From: Schizosaccharomyces osmophilus
Taxonomy: Eukaryota
Length of the DNA: 64,000 nucleotides
Assembly: GCF_027921745.1 (NCBI RefSeq)
Contig: NC_079239.1
Span: 1,736,001-1,800,000, forward strand
Reading direction: 5' to 3'
Part shown: positions 57,599 to 64,000 of the stretch, piece after piece
Layout: every line of letters begins with the position of its first letter
Numbering within the stretch: position 1 is the first letter of the stretch
Program-made: the position numbers and the translations under genes
Notes under the pieces: model-generated
Seen by the model: only the letters and a program-made list of their open reading frames with translations
What the model was told of the DNA's origin: nothing
The model's database searches: none

Positions 57599-58487
57599 GG
57601 TAGAGGGCAAATAGTAATGCACCGTTTCTAGGATATTTCTCTCTTTGCCCTCAGCGTATTCCATACACTTTTGATTCCTTCGTTATGCTTCTTTGCTAAA
57701 GCAGTTTACATATTCGTTAACTGTCGTTTAATGTTTTTTAGCAAAAATAGTGCACTCGTTATTTCATCGTTTCATGTAAACATCACAGTTGTCTCCGTCT
57801 AGAAAACGCGGATCAGTATGAAAATGTCTGTCAGAAACGATGAATTTGAATTGAAACAACAAACAAATTTAGCATCAAAGGATGAGCTACTTTATTGAAA
57901 ACAGGACGCCTATTTCAGTCATTTGTTTTTGCTTTCGTAGTGTTTGAAAAGGACAACTTTGCGACTGGCTCTTTAAAGCAAGCCACGGGTAACATTGTCT
58001 TCTGAAATTAATAGGGAATATTGCAAAGTTCATGCCAAAAAATTTAAAAATGAAAATGAAATAAAAACCGTAATTATAGTTCTATCTATGGAATCGAAAC
58101 TACATATGGATTCTAATATGAACTTTATCATTTCCTTGGATTAAATTTGGACACCCCAAATCCATCTGACCACAACAAGAGAGTCATGCAAGTCCGAGTA
58201 ATAAAGGAGCAAGATATCAAATGAACGCAGGAATTCTTAGACAGAATCATTTCTGTTTGTATTGCCTAACACTGTGCATGAAAAAGGAATCTGGTGAACC
58301 ATGCACAATTGTTTGTTATTTCTATAGCAATTTTATTACATCTGCATAGCAAATAGAAAACTATATAAATTACTATACAACGAACAGTATAGTAGTATCC
58401 ATTTGAAAGAACCAACCAATTGCTTTTTTCACCCGGAAACACGCGTGTGTCTATACACAAATAAAAATAGAACTTGAGCATTGTAGC

Positions 58488-59393
58488 TTAAACGCTCATA
58501 CGGGTCTTTGCACGAGTACTACCGGACTTCGAAGAGTCTTCATGAGCACTAAACTCAATGGTCTCGGTACGGGGCAAGTTTAAGATTTGCTTGAAACGGT
58601 TACCAATCTCCAAAAGAACCTCGCGGTTGGTGCAAGTCTTTGTCCAGACAGCCAAACGATAGAAACCTTTTCTCATGTTGATAACAACGCCCATCACTTC
58701 CTCACCAGTAGGATCCAAAGTTTCACCAACAGCAGAAAGTACCTAGTTTAAAGGGTTAGCATCAATATTCTGAAAAGCAAGGGTGAACAAAGTAAGGAGG
58801 AATTTCATCTCCAACCAAATACACGTGAATTTTCTGCTTCTTTCATGCAGATTTCTCAATGTCATAGTTCAAACAAGTGAGAGAGTGTGTAAATATATTC
58901 CTTTCCTGTCTTCCTTATTTACATACTGTAGTAAGCCACATTTCGTCTAAAGCATTTCCTCCACGACCCTTGTTTTGGAAAGCCCATTTACCACCATTTT
59001 TATTGTGAATATCTTCCCATTCAGGACGTACACCCTCACGGAAAAAGGAGTAGTCAGACTTTATGGGCAAGCTGGAAGCAGCATTGATGTTGTTGTGAAT
59101 TCTACAAAAGCACGCATGTTAACATTCTTCTATGACTTCCTAATCTTTTCTTCTTTCTCTTAAACTTACCCCCAAAACTCTTCCACGCTGTTAAAGGTAA
59201 TAATGTTCTTTTGAAGTTCATTCCATTCAAGACCAGGAGTAGGTGGCATCAAAAACCACAAAGTCCAGGGTCTTGACAATGGATGTTTTAAATTAAAATT
59301 TAATTTATCATCAAAAACTGTTTTCAAGGTAATTTCCTGGTTTTCGACCGCATTTGATGCGGTCTGTGGCTCTTTTTGTTGTTCAGTCTGCAT
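58488..59393 (-). CDS. tif45: cap-binding translation initiation factor eIF4E, 3 exons
   Basis: Exons 59393-59170, 59101-58927 and 58742-58488. Motifs KHPL..PWTLWF, SVEEFW, DYSFFREGVRPEWED, GGKW and RLAVW. Confidence 0.95.
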
Positions 59394-59410
59394 GGTTTTG
59401 GCTAGAAAGA

Positions 59411-60368
59411 ATGAACCCCACCAAATTTTATAGCGATGCTATTGAGTATGGATACCCTTGAAATTTGTACTAATTTTTTAGATATTGGAATGGAATTGAA
59501 CCTTCTGTAAATGGAATGCTAGGAGGTTTAGGAACTGGACGTGTATGTACGACTGCAAGACAATGCTTGTTCATAAAATTGCTAATGGTCTTTTTGGATC
59601 CTTTCTGATTGTTAATCCATCTTATTACAAAATTCCATAATTAGAGCTAACGCCACCAGATTCCTCAAGTTGATGCGATTGCCTCCCGTACCTTTTTGCG
59701 TCGTTTGGATTACCGCCTCAAAAAAATCGATAGTTTAGTAGCTGCGGATTGCGGAGCGGGAATAGGAAGAGTAACAGAATCTGTGTTGCTAAAAGTGGCC
59801 TCGCATGTAGACGTTGTTGAGCCGGTGGAAAAATTTGTGTTACAGGCAAGAAACCATTTGCAGGATAAGCCTTGCTCTTTCATCTGTACCGGTTTGCAGA
59901 ATTGGGCCCCAAAGGAAAATCGTTATGGTAAGCCAACCAAAAACCGATAAAGAAAAACCATTGATGAAGCAAGGAAGCTCAAATTGGGGGTTATTTCCGA
60001 ATGCTGACAACGATTCTAGGCTTAATATGGAACCAATGGTGTCTGTCCCATCTTACCAATGATGATTTGGTAGCTTATTTGCTTCGTTGTTCAAAATCGT
60101 TATGCGAACATGGAGTTATTTGCATCAAGGTAATCGATTTTAATTTTTCGTGAAATATATTAACATCTTGTAACCTTAGGAAAACGTTTCTTCCTTTACT
60201 GAAAGCTTTGATGAACAAGATAGCAGCGTCACTCGCACGGATGGCTCGTTTCGAAATATATTTCAAAGGGCCAATTTAGTGATTATTGCAGAGTCTCTAC
60301 AGCATGGATTTCCTGATGAGCTCTACCCTGTTAAAATGTTTGCACTTGTTCCAAAAGCCTCAAAGTAA
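59411..60368 (+). CDS. tae1: alpha N-terminal protein methyltransferase Tae1/NTM1, 5 exons
   Basis: Exons 59411-59445, 59482-59542, 59660-59927, 60020-60129 and 60180-60368 splice in frame. Motifs FYSDAIEYW...VNGMLGG, DCGAGIGRVT, WNQWCLSHL, KEN and DSSVTR. Confidence 0.92.
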
Positions 60369-60559
60369 AAAAGAAATAAATATCATTTGGCTAGAAAGTT
60401 TTAGGACTAGGAGTAATAGGGAGATTAAGCTTATTTGAAAATCTTCCAAAATAATATGAACCGGTATTATACATAAACATTCTCGTCAAAAACAAAAACC
60501 TACAGTTCAAACGCCTAGAATAGGTAAGATTCCATCTGAATATTCACGAAAATATATTT

Positions 60560-62194
60560 CTAGGACGAACTGGTTGATGAAGGGGGCACAAGTTTTTTCT
60601 TTTTCTTCTTCTTAGCATTCGATGACGACGAGCTTGTAGTTGGTGCATTGGGTATAACAACTGTCGCATTCTTAATGTCTTCAGAATCATTGACTTTTTG
60701 GAGCTCTTGTGATGCCGATATTGTAAACATTACATCTCTCAACTGTTCGGATAAATCACCAATTTGCTGTTGCATCGTGACGATTTCTTCAACTTTCTTG
60801 TTATGTCTAACCTCCAGAGATTGAATTCGCAATAACAAATTCTCGTTTATACTCTTTTCTTCGTCGTAATTACGCTTCCATCCGATGATCTCTGAAGAAA
60901 GGTTTTTTATCTTGTCATTTTTCTTCTTCATATTGCTCTCTGCGATGTCTATCCGTGAACGAAGTTCATTATTAGCGTTCGAAGAAGCCGTGGTAATCTT
61001 AGATTTTAGTGTAATTTCTTCATTTGAACGAGCAAGCATTTCAGACATTGAAGACAATTGTGACTCATAAAACATACGCTGAGACTCTAGTTGTGAAGTT
61101 AAAATTTGAGTGTATTCGAGTCCCATCTTCTCACGAATCTTTAAATTGAATTGATCGGAAGTAGAACTTTCACCTGTTGACTTTTCATTCGAGAGTTCAA
61201 CCACTTTTCCATCCAGTTCGGACTGCAGTAAGCGATGAACGTAGCGATCACCAGCATAATCCCATACCCGTTGACTTTCTAAATGCATAGCATAGCAATG
61301 ATTAGACTCAATATAATGTTGTTTGGCGTGAGCGTCATGATATCTCCCGCAGCCAACATTACCACAGATAAGACACATCCACAAATCTTCTTCACATGAA
61401 CAGGAAGAGCATTTCCCAGAATGACGGTTTGTTTCTTTTTTTTGGGTGTACCTACAAACGGGACAAGAAGAATTTCCCCACTTTTGTAAGCATTGGCAGT
61501 GGAAGGTATGCTGACAAACAATAGTGATCAGTCCTGTGACGGAAGAATCCATTCTTTCAAGGCATACCACACACATAGGAAGCTCAACAAGAGAGGGCGT
61601 TGGCGGTGCCAAGGGACGAGAGAAACTCGATGTTTGTGAAGTACTGTTCAGTAAAGGAGTAGAGGAGTTGGACGGACTTTCCACTTGGATTCCATCAATA
61701 TGAACAACACGACAAGTCTCAGGTTCTATTTGACTAAATAGTTTCCCGTTATATTCAGAGAAGAAACGAATAACGCTGGCCTGGTCAATGAACTTCAAAA
61801 GAGCAAGAATCCGATTAGGAACTTTCGTTCTCAACAGACGAATATGACTTATCGAACTACAATTCTTTTCTCCTAAAAATCCTAAAATGTCTGAAGGGGA
61901 CATATACAGGGGAATAGCCAAAATAGCAAGAAGGAGTCCAGGTCCACGGAATTCACTAGTCATATCCGGGATTTCTTTATACAAGTGAATAATCCCATGG
62001 CCCAGACTGATTTCATCTACCTTTGGGACATGAGTTTGCTGATAGTCCATAGAAATAACTGAGATTTCTTCCAAGCGTAAGTCTGCGTGCGCTTTCGGAA
62101 ACCACTTGGAGGGTTTTTTAGACCTGAATTCGTTCTTTAATGAGAATATATCTTGAACTGGATTTTCACAGTTAATTTTAATGTAATAATGCAT
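60560..62194 (-). CDS. BRAP2/Etp1-like RING-H2 + ZnF-UBP ubiquitin ligase
   Basis: BRAP2 RRM-like domain, RING (ELPMCVVCLERMD...CQHTFHCQC), ZnF-UBP (LWMCLICGNVGCGRY...VWDYAGD), coiled coil and basic tail. Confidence 0.92.
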   Translation of the reverse strand: MHYYIKINCENPVQDIFSLKNEFRSKKPSKWFPKAHADLRLEEISVISMDYQQTHVPKVDEISLGHGIIHLYKEIPDMTSEFRGPGLLLAILAIPLYMSPSDILGFLGEKNCSSISHIRLLRTKVPNRILALLKFIDQASVIRFFSEYNGKLFSQIEPETCRVVHIDGIQVESPSNSSTPLLNSTSQTSSFSRPLAPPTPSLVELPMCVVCLERMDSSVTGLITIVCQHTFHCQCLQKWGNSSCPVCRYTQKKETNRHSGKCSSCSCEEDLWMCLICGNVGCGRYHDAHAKQHYIESNHCYAMHLESQRVWDYAGDRYVHRLLQSELDGKVVELSNEKSTGESSTSDQFNLKIREKMGLEYTQILTSQLESQRMFYESQLSSMSEMLARSNEEITLKSKITTASSNANNELRSRIDIAESNMKKKNDKIKNLSSEIIGWKRNYDEEKSINENLLLRIQSLEVRHNKKVEEIVTMQQQIGDLSEQLRDVMFTISASQELQKVNDSEDIKNATVVIPNAPTTSSSSSNAKKKKKKKLVPPSSTSSS

Positions 62195-63078
62195 GCATTG
62201 ACAGTTTTTATAAAAGTGGATGGCGATTTGGAAGTCAAACTATGCAATCAAATAGGGAATGAAGAAACTTGATGAAACGCAAGTTTGTAAAGACAGAAAA
62301 TAATAAAATTAATAAATAGAAAGGAAAGCATGTAGGGAAAGTTCATAGTTCATGAATCAACCAAAGATGAGGAAAGCAACCAATTGTGTTACAAGTGCAT
62401 TGATCTGGTCAGTAGAGCTTTTCTTTCAATAATATACAAGCTCTTATGTCTTTGGGAAACTTAAAGATAAGAAAAGGTCGCTCGGAGACTTTTTACTTGA
62501 CACGAAGCACAGGAAAAGACCTTACGCTCTTTTGAAGGTCTCAGCAAGAATCAGTATAATAAAAAAAACCCCCAACTTTCAATTTGAGACAATTTTATCT
62601 TGCAGTTCAATGGCTGGGCTCCTTCGTAGTAGAAAAGCTGTCAGCCAAAGACTTAAGGTCAGATGACTGGAGACATAAAAGCCAGGATATACATATTTTT
62701 AATGAAAGTTTAGTAGTGAAATAGTAATGAAAATAGAAACACCAAATACATGTGAAGAAATATCAGAATTCGAAACGAGCACACTCCAAACGAACCTCAC
62801 TTTTACAAACGCTCGCTTTACAAGCTATTAAAGTGTAGTCTAGTTCACCCATTTTAAAAATTTAGGTGGGTTTTATTGTTGCAAAGGTGGATTAGTAGCA
62901 GATTGAAACGATTTAAAACGACTTTGGAAGGAAAAGGAGGAAAGCAACTCCAGGACTCCGTAGACGCGATTTTGGGATATTCAGTATTGTATGAAATTAA
63001 TAAACAAATAGAAAGAAAGAAAGAAGCTAGATCTTGATGATTTTATAGTTCTTATAGGGGCAATAACAAGCAATAGCA

Positions 63079-63769
63079 ATGCCAGAAGAAAATACACAAG
63101 AAGTTGGCATGAACCTGCTACTAGAAATGGCCGATGGTATAATTATTTATTTCTGTTCTTTTTCTCACTCTTGTCTTAGTGTTGGACGCAACTCCAAGTG
63201 ATTTGTCTTCGGATTTTAGTAAAATCCATTGCTTAGATGGAAAAATCAAGGGTATGTAGTTGAGAGTGATCGATAAATGGTGTATCAAAGCTTGAATACA
63301 TGTATTAATTATCTCATTAGAAATGCAAATGGCCTTGGATGCTTCCGTTCACAAAATTATGAGCTCCAATGCCACCCCGGATGAAAGATCTTCCATAATA
63401 CAAAACATTGTGGAAGTTGTAAAAAAGAATTCACCCCTTATCCATAGAAAAGCTCATATATCTATGCACACAGAAGCTGTATCCAAGCAAAACCTTTCGA
63501 GGTTGCAGACTTGCTTTCAGGCAATGGAAATGATCTATCCTCATTTTTTTATTCCATACGTTGCTGCCCCAGAGCCTTTGGAATCCCGCCGTGAAAAGCG
63601 AGTACCTACTAGATCATCAAAGCGGCGACAAGGAAGGGATGCCAGCGCTAAGGAGACGAGTGAAAAGAAAAAGAAACCGGATGCTGTTGACTCTCTTGTT
63701 CATTCTCCTAACTTTTCAGATCAACAATCAGACGCTTCCACAGTAGCAGGTTTAAATGATTTTCCGTAA
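63079..63769 (+). CDS. png3: ING-family N-terminal-domain protein lacking a PHD finger, 3 exons
   Basis: Exons 63079-63136, 63180-63251 and 63321-63769. EMADVLDATPSDLSSDFSKIHCLD resembles the ING N-terminal helix, followed by a basic NLS-like region and no Cys-rich finger. Confidence 0.65.
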
Positions 63770-64000
63770 AGCGAACATCAATGTGTGACAAGCCGGTCCT
63801 TGCACATTTATTTGTTTCCTTTTATATATAAATGCTCGCTCACGCTCTCTCTCTTTACAATAATCTGCTGTAATCTTGTGGATAGCCAAACTATAGTGTC
63901 TCTTCCAACGTCGTTCTGCTATGCTACTTTCTTGACTTCTGTTTCTTTTCGCTAAACAGCATTGGCATTGGGTCTACTTTCTCTTGTCTGAAGACAGTCT

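Noticed and set aside
57599..57664. N-terminal extension of TFIIB from the ATG at 57664
   Set aside because: The extra residues resemble nothing in TFIIB, and MNAP at 57598 matches the recalled orthologue start; not excluded without TSS data.
1..64000. CRISPR arrays, full-length transposons, rRNA genes or prokaryotic defence systems
   Set aside because: No repeat-spacer arrays, no gag/pol or transposase ORFs and no rRNA genes seen; the window is eukaryotic housekeeping sequence.

Overview
Eukaryotic, intron-containing DNA from a fission yeast. It looks like a Schizosaccharomyces species other than S. pombe (octosporus/cryophilus/osmophilus type; the exact species cannot be fixed from the sequence alone). 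Gene order matches what I recall of the S. pombe chromosome I SPAC17G6-SPAC17A2-SPAC1B1-SPAC16E8 block: pep7, use1, rps24, bro1, cpp1, efn1, tRNA-Leu, mnr2, rad25, rrp1, csx1, ntr2, an orphan gene, vps8, osm1, tRNA-Trp, cns1, vma6, tlc4, bsu1, pan3, kap95, an NAD kinase-like gene, deb1, a Vma22-like gene, sca1, sua7, tif45, tae1, a BRAP2-like gene and png3. Exon structures were worked out by hand from GT/AG and branch-point signals plus reading-frame continuity. This is housekeeping genome with no prokaryote-style system, and the unusual signals are in gene architecture and cis-regulation. The eIF4E and Tae1 start codons are only 17 bp apart, with a candidate eIF4E TATA box written into tae1 codons. 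A 1.7 kb region with no ATG precedes csx1. osm1 has an overlapping uORF plus two in-frame starts. The tRNA-Trp has a wobble-weakened anticodon stem. Also seen: a GC-AG intron, an NAD kinase with a degenerate GGDG motif, structured long introns, a candidate ncRNA and a candidate degenerate solo LTR. Gene names and S. pombe comparisons come from recall, not from database searches.
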